A stretch of 24,000 bases of DNA from Acidimicrobiaceae bacterium (GTDB lineage Bacteria; Actinomycetota; Acidimicrobiia; Acidimicrobiales; RAAP-2), in NCBI GenBank assembly GCA_027315045.1, contig DAHUZS010000140.1, positions 1 through 24,000 of the forward strand. Direction: 5' to 3'. The notes beneath the pieces are model-generated. The model had not been told where the DNA came from. It worked only from the letters and a program-made list of their open reading frames with translations, and did not search any database. Every line of letters begins with the position of its first letter. Positions within the stretch are counted from its first letter, which is position 1. Positions 7,336-15,784 of this stretch are shown here, piece by piece. A program made the translations under genes and the position numbers.

Positions 7336-9342
7336 TCAGCTCGCGGGCCGCAGGTAGCGACGGTGCCGGAGGAAGTCGACCAGCACGTAGCCGCCGAGCG
7401 CGTCGTGGGTGGTGTAGAAGGTCCGCCCGCCGTTCACCCGGGCGATCTGCTCGACGAACGGGTAGTGGGTGCGCTCGAGGTCGAGGGCGAAGACGTTGAT
7501 CGTGATGCCGGCCTTGGTCGTCCGGATCACCTCGGCCATGGTTCGCCTGAGGGTCTCTTGCACCGGCGGGTAGTTGAACCACACCTCGCCGGCGTCGTCG
7601 ATGTGGGCGGTCGGCTCGCCATCGGTCACTACGATGATCTGCTTCGTGCCGTACTGGTGGGCGAGCATCCGGCGGGCCAGGGCCAGCGCGTGCTGCAGGT
7701 TGGTCCCGTAGACGTAGTCCCACATCGCGGTGGGCAAGTCCTCGGGCTTGATCTCCCGGGCCACCTCGGAGAACCCGACGATGCCCAGGTAGTCGCGGGG
7801 AAAGCGGGTGGAGATCAGGGTCTGGAGGGCCATGGCCATCTTCTTCGCCGGCACGAAGTTGTCCCGCATCGGCATCGACATCGACAGGTCGACCAGCAGG
7901 ACCGTGGCCGAACGGGTCAGCGCCTCGGTCTCGACCACCTCGAAGTCCTCGGGCCGCAGCCGCACCGGCACCCCGGCCCCGCCCCGGCGCACCGCATTGT
8001 GCACGGTGGCCGAGAGGTGGAGGTTCATGGGGTCGCCGTACTCGTAGGGCTTGGTCGTCTCCTCGCGGTCGTGTCCGGCCCCCGAGGTGGCCGCCTGGTG
8101 GTCGCCGATGCGCTCCCGGCGCATCTGGGAGAACAGGTCCGACAGGGCCTTCTGGCCGAGGCGGCGCACCCCCTTCGGAGTGAGCTCGGTGCGGCCGCCC
8201 TGGGTCTCGATCAGACCGTTCTCCCGGAGGGTCTTGGTCAGGCGGGCCAGCCGCTCGAGCGAGCGGGCGGCGTCGTCGCCGAGGTGCCGGCGGAGCTGGT
8301 CGACGTCGATCTCGTCCAGGGCGTTGGGCGACGAGGCCGAGGAGAACACCTCCTCCATCCGGTCGAGCTCCCCCAGCTGGCTGGCGACGTCGGTGGCCTC
8401 CCCGAAGCCGAGGGGGTTCTGGCCCCGGAAGCGATAGGACTGCCCCCAGCCCGCCCCCGGCATCGCCTCGCGCAGGTTGCCGGCCAGGCGCTCCATCTGC
8501 CAGCGCAGGTCCATGTCCTCGAGGAGGGCGTTGGCCAGCGACTGGAGCTGCTGGCGCTGCTCGGGTGAGAGCGATCGCCACATCGCCTCGGCGGCTGCCA
8601 TCCGCTCGGCCAGCTGCTCAAGCAACTCGTCGAGGTTCTGGGGATTCCCCGGGAACAGGTCGCCGTAGTTCTCCATGAACTGCTCGAAGCTCGGGTCGAG
8701 CTCCTCACCCCGGGCCCGCTGCTCGAGCATGGTGTTCAGCGCGTCCATGGCCGATCGCATGCGGGCCAGCTGCTCGGGGTCGGCCGAACTGAGCGCCTCG
8801 GACATGCCTTCGAAGTAGGTCTGGGCCACCTGCTGGCGAAGCTCCTCCATGAGCTCCTCGAAGCGTTCCCGGGCCTCGGAGGAGACAAAGTCGTGGTGCT
8901 GGAGGCCCTGGACCTTGCCCGCCAAATCCTCGGGCAGCAGGTCGAGGGACATCCTCCGCTCGGTGGCCACATCCGAGGTGACCTCGGCCCGGCGCTCGTC
9001 CCCGGAGTCCCTGGCCTCCTGCTCGAGCCGGTCGATGGCGCCCCGCTCCTGGCCCACCACCTCGTCGAGGGCCTTGGAGATGCGTTCCATCTCGGCGTTG
9101 GGGCTGCCCTGCTTGAGCAGCTCCTCGCGCCGGCGGCGCATCCGCTCGATCATCTCGCGCATGCCCATGACCCGCTCGCCGTCCCGGGTGCGCATCCCGG
9201 TCCGCATGAGCCGCCGGAGTGAGTCGTTGAGGTCGCCCCCCGAGAGCAGGTCGTCGGTCAGCTCGGAGAGCAGGTCGTCGGGGTCCAGCTCACCCCACTC
9301 CTGGGAGCCGTCCCAGTCGCTGTAGTCGTAGCGGGCGGTCAT
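7336..9342 (-). CDS. VWA (von Willebrand factor A) domain protein with long acidic helical N-terminal region
   Basis: 668 aa. The C-terminal VWA domain has an intact MIDAS motif (LLVDLSMSM = DxSxS, later GTNLQHAL and VVTDGEPT). The N-terminal ~450 aa are E/D/R/L-rich and helical-looking. The start lies 13 nt after the stop of the upstream AAA+ gene. Confidence 0.85.
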   Translation of the reverse strand: MTARYDYSDWDGSQEWGELDPDDLLSELTDDLLSGGDLNDSLRRLMRTGMRTRDGERVMGMREMIERMRRRREELLKQGSPNAEMERISKALDEVVGQERGAIDRLEQEARDSGDERRAEVTSDVATERRMSLDLLPEDLAGKVQGLQHHDFVSSEARERFEELMEELRQQVAQTYFEGMSEALSSADPEQLARMRSAMDALNTMLEQRARGEELDPSFEQFMENYGDLFPGNPQNLDELLEQLAERMAAAEAMWRSLSPEQRQQLQSLANALLEDMDLRWQMERLAGNLREAMPGAGWGQSYRFRGQNPLGFGEATDVASQLGELDRMEEVFSSASSPNALDEIDVDQLRRHLGDDAARSLERLARLTKTLRENGLIETQGGRTELTPKGVRRLGQKALSDLFSQMRRERIGDHQAATSGAGHDREETTKPYEYGDPMNLHLSATVHNAVRRGGAGVPVRLRPEDFEVVETEALTRSATVLLVDLSMSMPMRDNFVPAKKMAMALQTLISTRFPRDYLGIVGFSEVAREIKPEDLPTAMWDYVYGTNLQHALALARRMLAHQYGTKQIIVVTDGEPTAHIDDAGEVWFNYPPVQETLRRTMAEVIRTTKAGITINVFALDLERTHYPFVEQIARVNGGRTFYTTHDALGGYVLVDFLRHRRYLRPAS

Positions 9343-9355
9343 GACCGGGGGCTCC

Positions 9356-10795
9356 TCACCGGCGCCGGCGGTAGAGGGCCCGGGGGCCCGAGGCGTCCTT
9401 GTTGAGCCGCTTCGTCAGGTGCAGGCCCTCCAAGAGGAACTCCAGGGCCGCGGCCATGAGGGCCGGCGACTCGGCGGCCTCCGGCCCGGCCAAAGCCCGG
9501 GTGGGCGGCTCGAGCGCGCCCAGGTCGGCCAACACCGCCAGGTAGTCCGACGAGGGAAGGTCGTCGCCGGTGTGCACCACCGAGCCCTCGGTGAAGCAGC
9601 CCACGACGCCGGCCGGGTCCTCCAGGGTGACCCGGCGCCGGAACACCGAGAGCACCGCCGCTCCGGCCAGCTGGGCCACCACCTCGTCCTCCCGGCCCTC
9701 TTCGAGAGCCTCGACCTCGATCTTGCCCTGGGTCGAGGGGACCAGCGCCCCGAGGTCGCTCACCCGGGGGACGGCCACGTGCTCGCCGACCCGCAGGGCC
9801 CGCCGGAGGGCGTTGGCCACCAGGGTCTCGTAGTTGGCGATGGTGAGCCGGACCGACACCCCGCTGCGCTGGTTGAGATGTGGGCTGCGCCGGGCCAGCT
9901 GGCTGATCTCGGCCAGCACCTCTTCCATGTAGGGGGGGACGATGACCGGGACCGCGCCGTCGGGCAGCACCGCCTCGGCCCGCATGATCGCCACCTCGGT
10001 CCTCGTCTCCTCGGGGTAGTGGGTCCGCACCTGGGCCCCGAAACGGTCCTTCAGCGGTGTGATGATCCGGCCGCGGTTGGTGTAGTCCTCCGGGTTGGCC
10101 GTGGCCACCAGCATCACGTCCAGGGGGAGTCGCACCCGGTGCCCCCGGATCTGGACGTCCCGCTCCTCGAGCACATTGAGCAGCCCGACCTGGATCCGCT
10201 CGGCCAGATCGGGGAGCTCGTTGATGGCGAAGATGCCCCGGTTGACCCGGGGGACCAGGCCGTAGTGCAGGGTCAGCTCGTCGGACAAGTAGCGGCCCTC
10301 GGCCACCTTGATCGGGTCGACCTCGCCGATCAGGTCGGCGATCGAGGTGTCCGGGGTGGCCAGCTTCTCCCCGTAGCGGTCCGAGCGGTGCACCCAGGAG
10401 ATCGGGGTCTCGTCGCCCTCGTCGGCCACCTTCAGCCGACCGAAGTGCGACGTCGGCTGGTAGGGGTCGTCGTTGATCTCGGAGCTGGCCACCACCGGCA
10501 TCCACTCGTCGAGCAGATCGACGAGCGAACGGATGATCCGGGTCTTCGCCTGGCCCCGCTCCCCCAACAAGATGATGTCGTGCCCGGCCAAGATGGCGTT
10601 CTCCAGCTGGGGGATGACGGTGTCCTCAAACCCGAGCACGCCTTCGATGAGCGGCTCGCCGGCACTGATCCGACGGGCGGCGTTGCGGCGCAGCTCCTCG
10701 GAGACCGGCACCGACTCCCAGCCCGACGCTCGCAGGTCGCCGAGGGTATGGGGCAGGTCGTGGGGCGGGGCGGGAGGGTGGGTCGGAAGCGCCAT
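9356..10795 (-). CDS. ChlI/BchI-like (Mg-chelatase family) AAA+ ATPase
   Basis: 479 aa. Walker A is ILLGERGQAKT and the Walker B-like region is GIFAINELPDL. The N-terminal TLGDLRASGW and the overall layout match my memory of proteins annotated as magnesium chelatase or sigma-54-interacting in actinobacteria. Forms an operon with the VWA gene. Confidence 0.85.
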   Translation of the reverse strand: MALPTHPPAPPHDLPHTLGDLRASGWESVPVSEELRRNAARRISAGEPLIEGVLGFEDTVIPQLENAILAGHDIILLGERGQAKTRIIRSLVDLLDEWMPVVASSEINDDPYQPTSHFGRLKVADEGDETPISWVHRSDRYGEKLATPDTSIADLIGEVDPIKVAEGRYLSDELTLHYGLVPRVNRGIFAINELPDLAERIQVGLLNVLEERDVQIRGHRVRLPLDVMLVATANPEDYTNRGRIITPLKDRFGAQVRTHYPEETRTEVAIMRAEAVLPDGAVPVIVPPYMEEVLAEISQLARRSPHLNQRSGVSVRLTIANYETLVANALRRALRVGEHVAVPRVSDLGALVPSTQGKIEVEALEEGREDEVVAQLAGAAVLSVFRRRVTLEDPAGVVGCFTEGSVVHTGDDLPSSDYLAVLADLGALEPPTRALAGPEAAESPALMAAALEFLLEGLHLTKRLNKDASGPRALYRRRR

Positions 10796-10948
10796 GCCCC
10801 CGAGCCTATGGGCTCCGGCCGTCCCGGTCCGGATCGCCTCGTGAAGAGGATGTTTCGGTTCCCGGTTTGCGCGATCGCGTTGGTGGGATGGGAAGATGAG
10901 TCGATCGCCCCGCAGGTGTGGTCGGTCGGACCGGTCCCGCCCGGGTGC

Positions 10949-10974
10949 GGAACCGAAGAGAGGAACCGAAGAAA
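10949..10974 (+). repeat. Tandem 13-nt direct repeat in the sdh 5' leader
   Basis: GGAACCGAAGAGA followed by GGAACCGAAGAAA (12/13 identical), immediately before the Shine-Dalgarno sequence GAGGGAGG of sdhC. Confidence 0.6.
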
Positions 10975-10989
10975 GAGGGAGGATGCGGC

Positions 10990-11814
10990 GTGAGCGTTGA
11001 GGGTGCGACGATCACACAGGTCCAGCTCGGCGGCACCCGCGGCGGACCGGCGGTACGGACGCTGCGACGGGACCGGTGGTGGGTGCAGCCCTCGCTCAGC
11101 GCGTTCGTGCTGAGCGCGTTCGTGGTGTACACGACCTGGGCCGTCTTTGTGAACAAGGACTACTACGTCGGCGCCAGCCACCACCGCGACCTCATCTCCC
11201 CGTTCTTCTCCCCCTGCGTAACGCGCAGCTGCGTGGCCGGGGCGCACGGGACGTTCCTCGTGATCAACTGGTGGCACGTCACGCCGGCCCTCCTCATCCT
11301 CGGCGGGCCGCTCGCCTTCCGCCTGACCTGCTACTACTACCGCCGCGCCTACTACCGGAGCTTCTGGCAGTCCCCGCCGGCATGCGCCGTGGCCGACGCC
11401 CACGGCCGCTACAGCGGTGAAACTCGCTTCCCGCTCATCCTCCAGAACCTGCACCGGTACTTCTTCTTCATCGGGCTCGGCTTCAACGTGATCCTCACCA
11501 TCGACGCGGTGGTGGCCTTCCGGCTGCCCGGCGAGGGTGGCATCGGCGTGAGCCTCGGGACCCTGGTGCTCGTGGTCAACGCCGTCTTGCTCTGGGCCTA
11601 CAGCATGTCCTGCCACGCCGCCAGGCACCTGTGCGGGGGCCACGTCAACGCGTTCTCCAAGCACCCGATCCGCCACCGGCTGTGGAAGCTGCTCACCCCG
11701 CTCAACGCCAGGCACATGCAGCTCGCCTGGGCCAGCCTCATCTTCGTGGCCCTGACTGACCTGTACGTCCGACTGGTCGCGTCGGGCGTGTTCAGCGACC
11801 CCAAGATCTTCTAG
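10990..11814 (+). CDS. sdhC: Succinate dehydrogenase/fumarate reductase membrane anchor (actinobacterial Sdh1-type SdhC)
   Basis: The GTG at 10990 lies 7 nt after GAGGGAGG. The 24-codon track extension from 10918 has poor GC3 (cga, aga, gaa, aaa, gga) and is rejected. The protein is about 274 aa and multi-TM, sits directly upstream of sdhA/sdhB, and matches the size and order of the mycobacterial Rv0249c-0248c-0247c arrangement as I remember it. Confidence 0.72.
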   Translation: MSVEGATITQVQLGGTRGGPAVRTLRRDRWWVQPSLSAFVLSAFVVYTTWAVFVNKDYYVGASHHRDLISPFFSPCVTRSCVAGAHGTFLVINWWHVTPALLILGGPLAFRLTCYYYRRAYYRSFWQSPPACAVADAHGRYSGETRFPLILQNLHRYFFFIGLGFNVILTIDAVVAFRLPGEGGIGVSLGTLVLVVNAVLLWAYSMSCHAARHLCGGHVNAFSKHPIRHRLWKLLTPLNARHMQLAWASLIFVALTDLYVRLVASGVFSDPKIF

Positions 11815-11823
11815 GAGCCCACG

Positions 11824-13638
11824 ATGGCCGACTACGAGTCGCACGACTACGACGTGATCGTGATCGGGGCCGGGGGGGCCGGGCTGCGGGCCGCCATCGA
11901 GGCCAAGGGCCGCGGGCTGCGCACCGCGCTGATCTGCAAGTCGCTCCTCGGCAAGGCCCACACGGTGATGGCGGAGGGCGGCATCGCCGCGGCCATGGGC
12001 AACGTCCACCCCGAGGACAACTGGCAGGTTCACTTCCGCGACACCATGCGCGGCGGCAAGATGCTCAACAACTGGCGCATGGCCCAGCTGCATGCCCAGG
12101 AGGCCCCGGACCGGGTCCAGGAGCTCGAGGCCTGGGGGGCGCTGTTCGACCGGACGGACGACGGGCGGATCCTCCAGCGGGACTTCGGCGGCCACCGCTA
12201 CGCCCGGCTGGCCCACGTCGGCGACCGTACCGGCCTCGAGATGATCCGCACCCTCCAGCAGCGCGCGGTGGCCCTCGACATCGACGTGTTCATGGAGTGC
12301 AAGATCCTGCGCCTGCTCTCCGACGCCGACGGCGTCGTCTCCGGCGCCATGGGCTACTGGCGGGCCAGCGGCGAGATCGTCGTCTTCTCGGCCAAGGCCG
12401 TGGTGATCGCGACCGGCGGGGTCGGCAAGTCGTGGAAGTACACCTCCAACAGCTGGGAGTGCACCGGTGACGGCCACGCCATGGCCCTGTGGGCCGGGGC
12501 CGACCTGATCGACATGGAGTGCGTGCAGTTCCACCCGACCGGAATGGTGTGGCCCCTGTCGGTTCGCGGCCTCCTCGTGACCGAGGGGGTGCGGGGGGAC
12601 GGCGGCGTCCTGCGCAACTCGGAGCAGCGGCGGTTCATGTTCGACTACGTGGCCGAGATGTTCCGGGCCGAGACCGCCGACTCCGAGGACGAGGCCGACC
12701 GGTGGTACAAGGACCACTCGGCGGGCCGCCGTCCACCCGAGCTGCTCCCGAGAGATGAGGTGGCCAGGGCGATCAACACCGAGGTGAAGGCCGACCGCGG
12801 GAGCCCGCACGGGGGGGTGTTCCTCGACATCGCCAGCCGGCGCAGCGCCGAGTACATCCGTCGTCGCCTGCCCTCCATGTACCACCAGTTCATGGAGCTG
12901 GCCGGCGTCGACATCACCGCCGAGGCGATGGAGGTAGGACCGACCTGCCACTACATGATGGGCGGGGTCCGAGTCGACGCCGACACCGCGGCGGCCACGG
13001 TGCCCGGCCTCTTCGTCTGCGGTGAAGCCGCCGGGGGGATGCACGGGTCCAACCGTCTGGGGGGCAACTCCCTCTCCGACCTGCTCGTCTTCGGGCACCG
13101 GGCCGGGGGCGGGGCATCGGACTACGCGGAGGGCCGCGGCGGGACGCCGGTCCCCAACCGGGCCGAGATCGAACACTCGGTCGCCGAGGCCATGGCCCCC
13201 TTCGAGCGCGACGAGGGTGAGAACCCCTACGAGCTCCACCAGCAGCTCCAGGACACCATGCAGACCCTGGTCGGCATCATCCGCACCGGTGACGAGCTGG
13301 AGCAGGCCCTGGAACGCGTCGAGGAGCTCACCTTCCGCTCCTCCCGCGTCGCCGTCGCCGGCGGACGGGCCTACAACCCGGCGTGGAACCTGGCCACCGA
13401 CCTGCCGGCCATGCTGACCGTCTCCAAGTGCGTGACCCTCGGGGCCCGGGACCGCAAGGAGAGCCGGGGGGGCCACACCCGGGAGGACTACCCGAGCGCC
13501 GACCCCGAGTTCGGCAAGGTCAACCTGGTCCAGCGCCAGCCGTCGGGGGGCGGCGTGGGCGAGGAGGTCAAGATCGGCTCAGAGCCGATCCCCGAGATGC
13601 CCCCCGAGCTCGCGACCCTGTTCGAGGAGAACCACTGA
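11824..13638 (+). CDS. sdhA: Succinate dehydrogenase/fumarate reductase flavoprotein subunit
   Basis: 604 aa. It has the N-terminal dinucleotide-binding motif DVIVIGAGGAGLRAAIEA, QFHPTG (covalent-FAD His context), VRGDGGVL, HYMMGGV and GSNRLGGNSL. Confidence 0.94.
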   Translation: MADYESHDYDVIVIGAGGAGLRAAIEAKGRGLRTALICKSLLGKAHTVMAEGGIAAAMGNVHPEDNWQVHFRDTMRGGKMLNNWRMAQLHAQEAPDRVQELEAWGALFDRTDDGRILQRDFGGHRYARLAHVGDRTGLEMIRTLQQRAVALDIDVFMECKILRLLSDADGVVSGAMGYWRASGEIVVFSAKAVVIATGGVGKSWKYTSNSWECTGDGHAMALWAGADLIDMECVQFHPTGMVWPLSVRGLLVTEGVRGDGGVLRNSEQRRFMFDYVAEMFRAETADSEDEADRWYKDHSAGRRPPELLPRDEVARAINTEVKADRGSPHGGVFLDIASRRSAEYIRRRLPSMYHQFMELAGVDITAEAMEVGPTCHYMMGGVRVDADTAAATVPGLFVCGEAAGGMHGSNRLGGNSLSDLLVFGHRAGGGASDYAEGRGGTPVPNRAEIEHSVAEAMAPFERDEGENPYELHQQLQDTMQTLVGIIRTGDELEQALERVEELTFRSSRVAVAGGRAYNPAWNLATDLPAMLTVSKCVTLGARDRKESRGGHTREDYPSADPEFGKVNLVQRQPSGGGVGEEVKIGSEPIPEMPPELATLFEENH

Positions 13639-14414
13639 TGGCCGACGTGATCATGCGGGTGTGGCGGGGGGACCGCTCGGGCGGGAGCTTCGCCGAGTTC
13701 CGGCTCGCCGCCCAGGAGGGTGAGGTCGTCCTCGACGTCGTCCACCGCATCCAGGCCACCCAGGCCGGCGACCTCGCCTGCCGCTGGAACTGCAAGGCCG
13801 GCAAGTGCGGCTCCTGCTCGGCCGAGATCAACGGCAAGCCCCGACTCATGTGCATGACCCGGATGGACCAGCTCCCTGAGGGCCCGGTCACGGTGGCGCC
13901 GATGCACGGCTTCCCGATCATCCGGGACCTGGTCACCGACGTGAAGTTCAACTTCGAGGTGGCCAAGCAGGTCCCGGCCTTCGCCCCCCCGCCCCGCCCC
14001 GAGGGCGGCCACCGGATGGCCCAGGCCGACATCGAACGGGGCCAGGAGTTCCGCAAGTGCATCGAGTGCTTCTTGTGCCAGGACGTCTGCCACGTGATCC
14101 GCGACCACGAGGAGAACAAGGCCCACTACGCCGGACCCCGCTTCTTCGTCCGCTTCGCCGAGCTCGAGATGCACCCCCTCGACACCAACGACCGCCGGGA
14201 GCTTTTGCGCCAGCGGGAGGGGCTCGGCATGTGCAACATCACCAAGTGCTGCACCGAGGTCTGCCCCGAGCACATCAAGATCACCGACAACGCAATCATC
14301 CCGCTCAAAGAGCGCGTCGTCGACGCTTCGTACGACCCGGTGGCCTGGCTCGGTCGCAAGATCCTCCGCCGGCGCAGGGCCTCGCCGAGCGAGGCTGCCA
14401 CCCACGGCCGCTAA
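13638..14414 (+). CDS. sdhB: Succinate dehydrogenase/fumarate reductase iron-sulfur subunit
   Basis: ATG 13638 overlaps the sdhA TGA (TGATG). It carries the 2Fe-2S motif CRWNCKAGKCGSCSAEINGKPRLMC, CIECFLCQDVC and CNITKCCTEVCP. The track ORF start at 13383 lies inside sdhA and is rejected. Confidence 0.94.
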   Translation: MADVIMRVWRGDRSGGSFAEFRLAAQEGEVVLDVVHRIQATQAGDLACRWNCKAGKCGSCSAEINGKPRLMCMTRMDQLPEGPVTVAPMHGFPIIRDLVTDVKFNFEVAKQVPAFAPPPRPEGGHRMAQADIERGQEFRKCIECFLCQDVCHVIRDHEENKAHYAGPRFFVRFAELEMHPLDTNDRRELLRQREGLGMCNITKCCTEVCPEHIKITDNAIIPLKERVVDASYDPVAWLGRKILRRRRASPSEAATHGR

Positions 14415-14415
14415 G

Positions 14416-14841
14416 GTGGCCCGCTTCCTCTCGGAGGAGTGGATCGGCGCCTTCAACGCGGCGTTGGCGGGGGTCGACCTCAAGGGGCTCGGGGCCGGAT
14501 CGGTGCGGGCCAGCTCCGGCCACTTCCGCGTCGAGGAGGTGGTGCACGGGGTGCCCGGTCGGCCCGAGGACGCCGGGCCGCTGCGGGTCCTGCTCGCCGT
14601 CGAGGACACCTCGGCCGTCCTCGCCCTCGCCGGGCCGGACACGCCACCGGCCGATGTGGTCATCTCGCTCCCCTACGACGACGCCGCGGCCCTGTCACGC
14701 GGCGAGCTCGACCCGACCGAGGCCCTGGCGGCGGGCCGGGTCCGGGTCCGGGGCGACCTGTCGGTCCTGGTCACGGGCCAGGCGATCCTGGCCGCGGCGG
14801 CCGGTCGGATGTCGGCCCTTCAGGCCGAGACCACCTTCTGA
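14416..14841 (+). CDS. SCP2 (sterol carrier protein 2-like) lipid-binding domain protein
   Basis: 141 aa with a GTG start 1 nt after the sdhB stop. The C-terminal SCP2 signature is LSRGELDPTEALAAGRVRVRGDLSVL. GC3 is very high. Confidence 0.72.
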   Translation: MARFLSEEWIGAFNAALAGVDLKGLGAGSVRASSGHFRVEEVVHGVPGRPEDAGPLRVLLAVEDTSAVLALAGPDTPPADVVISLPYDDAAALSRGELDPTEALAAGRVRVRGDLSVLVTGQAILAAAAGRMSALQAETTF

Positions 14842-15002
14842 GGCCCCGACGGCGCCTCCCGCCCCCTCGCTTGTCGGGGTTGGAAGAGGTGCCGCCACCC
14901 GTCCGCCCGACCCTGCGACCCTGGTCGGCGCCGAGGCGGTGGCGTAGTCTCGCTGGTGAGGCAGCTCGCACCGAGCGGGTCGAGTGGACCGGGAGGACCT
15001 GC

Positions 15003-15212
15003 GTGTCACAGCCGATGGAGGATCAATTCTTCTTGAAGTACCGCGAGTTGCTCGATGCCGAGGACGCGGCGTTCGACGAGCTCGAGCACGCCTTCGAGGA
15101 GGGCGACCGCTCGCACTTCGACGAGGAGATGGCCCTGTGGCGTGACGCGTTGGAGAAGAAGCTGTCGTTCCTCCGCAATGCCGGCTTCGACCCGGTCGCG
15201 GTGAGCTCCTGA
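15003..15212 (+). CDS. Small acidic hypothetical protein (69 aa)
   Basis: GTG 15003 lies 5 nt after GGGAGGA (14991-14997), and an alternative ATG lies at 15015. GC3 is high. The sequence looks helical and acidic (FLKYRELLDAEDAAFDELEHAFEEGDRSHFDEEMALWRDALEKKL). I recognise no family. Confidence 0.5.
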   Translation: MSQPMEDQFFLKYRELLDAEDAAFDELEHAFEEGDRSHFDEEMALWRDALEKKLSFLRNAGFDPVAVSS

Positions 15213-15226
15213 GGACGGCGAGCACC

Positions 15227-15257
15227 GGTGCCCCGCCCGATCGTGGCGCCGGGCACC
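15227..15257 (+). terminator. GC-rich hairpin after the small ORF (possible factor-independent terminator, no U tract)
   Basis: GGTGCCCCGCC (15227-15237), a 7-nt loop, then GGCG-CC-GGGCACC (15245-15257). The stem is 11 bp with a 2-nt bulge. Confidence 0.3.
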
Positions 15258-15271
15258 TGAGTGTCCGGGAG

Positions 15272-15784
15272 ATGGCGCCGGCGGAGGTCAGCCTGCGGAT
15301 CGACTACTTCCACGACGCCACCGACGAGCACCTGGCCATGATGGGCGTGGTGCGGGCACTCCTCCCCGCCAAAGAAGCGTGGCGCCGCGCGTACGAGGAG
15401 GAGGTCGCGCGACCCCTCGGCGAGCGGTCCATGTACGCCGTGATCTGGGAGCTCGACGGTGATGCGGTCGGCTTCAGCACCCTCGACCGCCTGGTCCTCG
15501 GGGAGGCGGCGTTCATGCACCTCCACGTGCTCGAGGCGTCCCACCGCCGACGGGGTCTCGGGACCGAGTTCGTGGCCGGCAGCGTCGACCACTACTTCGA
15601 GGCGCTCGGCCTCCGGCGTATCTTCTGCGAGCCCAACGCCTTCAACCGGGCGCCCAACCGGACCCTGCAGCGCGTCGGGTTCCGGTACCTGTTCTCCCAC
15701 CAGACCACGCCGGGTCCGATCAACGCCCTCCAGACCACCACCCGCTGGGTGCTCGAGCGGGAGTCCTGGCCGGCGCGCCGCTAG
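15272..15784 (+). CDS. GNAT-family N-acetyltransferase (RimJ/RimL-like)
   Basis: 170 aa with the acetyl-CoA binding region [11 protein letters not shown] and a C-terminal [21 protein letters not shown] typical of the Acetyltransf_3-type GNATs. Confidence 0.85.
   Translation: MAPAEVSLRIDYFHDATDEHLAMMGVVRALLPAKEAWRRAYEEEVARPLGERSMYAVIWELDGDAVGFSTLDRLVLGEAAFMHLHVLEASHRRRGLGTEFVAGSVDHYFEALGLRRIFCEPNAFNRAPNRTLQRVGFRYLFSHQTTPGPINALQTTTRWVLERESWPARR

Noticed and set aside
9341-10993. 550-aa plus-strand ORF. Similar long ORFs occur at 7363..8568, 7181..8581, 4098..5465, 4478..5914, 17762..19405, 19252..20460, 19745..21481, 21403..22980 and 24..770.
   Set aside because: All lie antisense or out of frame to genes with clear family signatures, and their translations are low-complexity Arg/Gly/Pro/Ala strings. 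Stop-codon paucity in GC-rich DNA explains them.
10432-13476. 1014-aa ORF on the minus strand, the longest in the track
   Set aside because: It is antisense to sdhC/sdhA and the 5' end of the AAA+ gene. The translation is dominated by G/R/P/A/V/H with no recognisable motifs, while the opposite strand encodes unmistakable SdhA. This is a typical high-GC shadow ORF.
15003-15784. The small ORF plus GNAT as a GNAT-toxin/antitoxin (TacT/AtaT-like) pair
   Set aside because: The GNAT has the RimJ/RimL-type C-terminus ([18 protein letters not shown]) rather than toxin-type features. The small protein has no RHH/DUF1778 signature. The genes are separated by 59 nt containing a hairpin.
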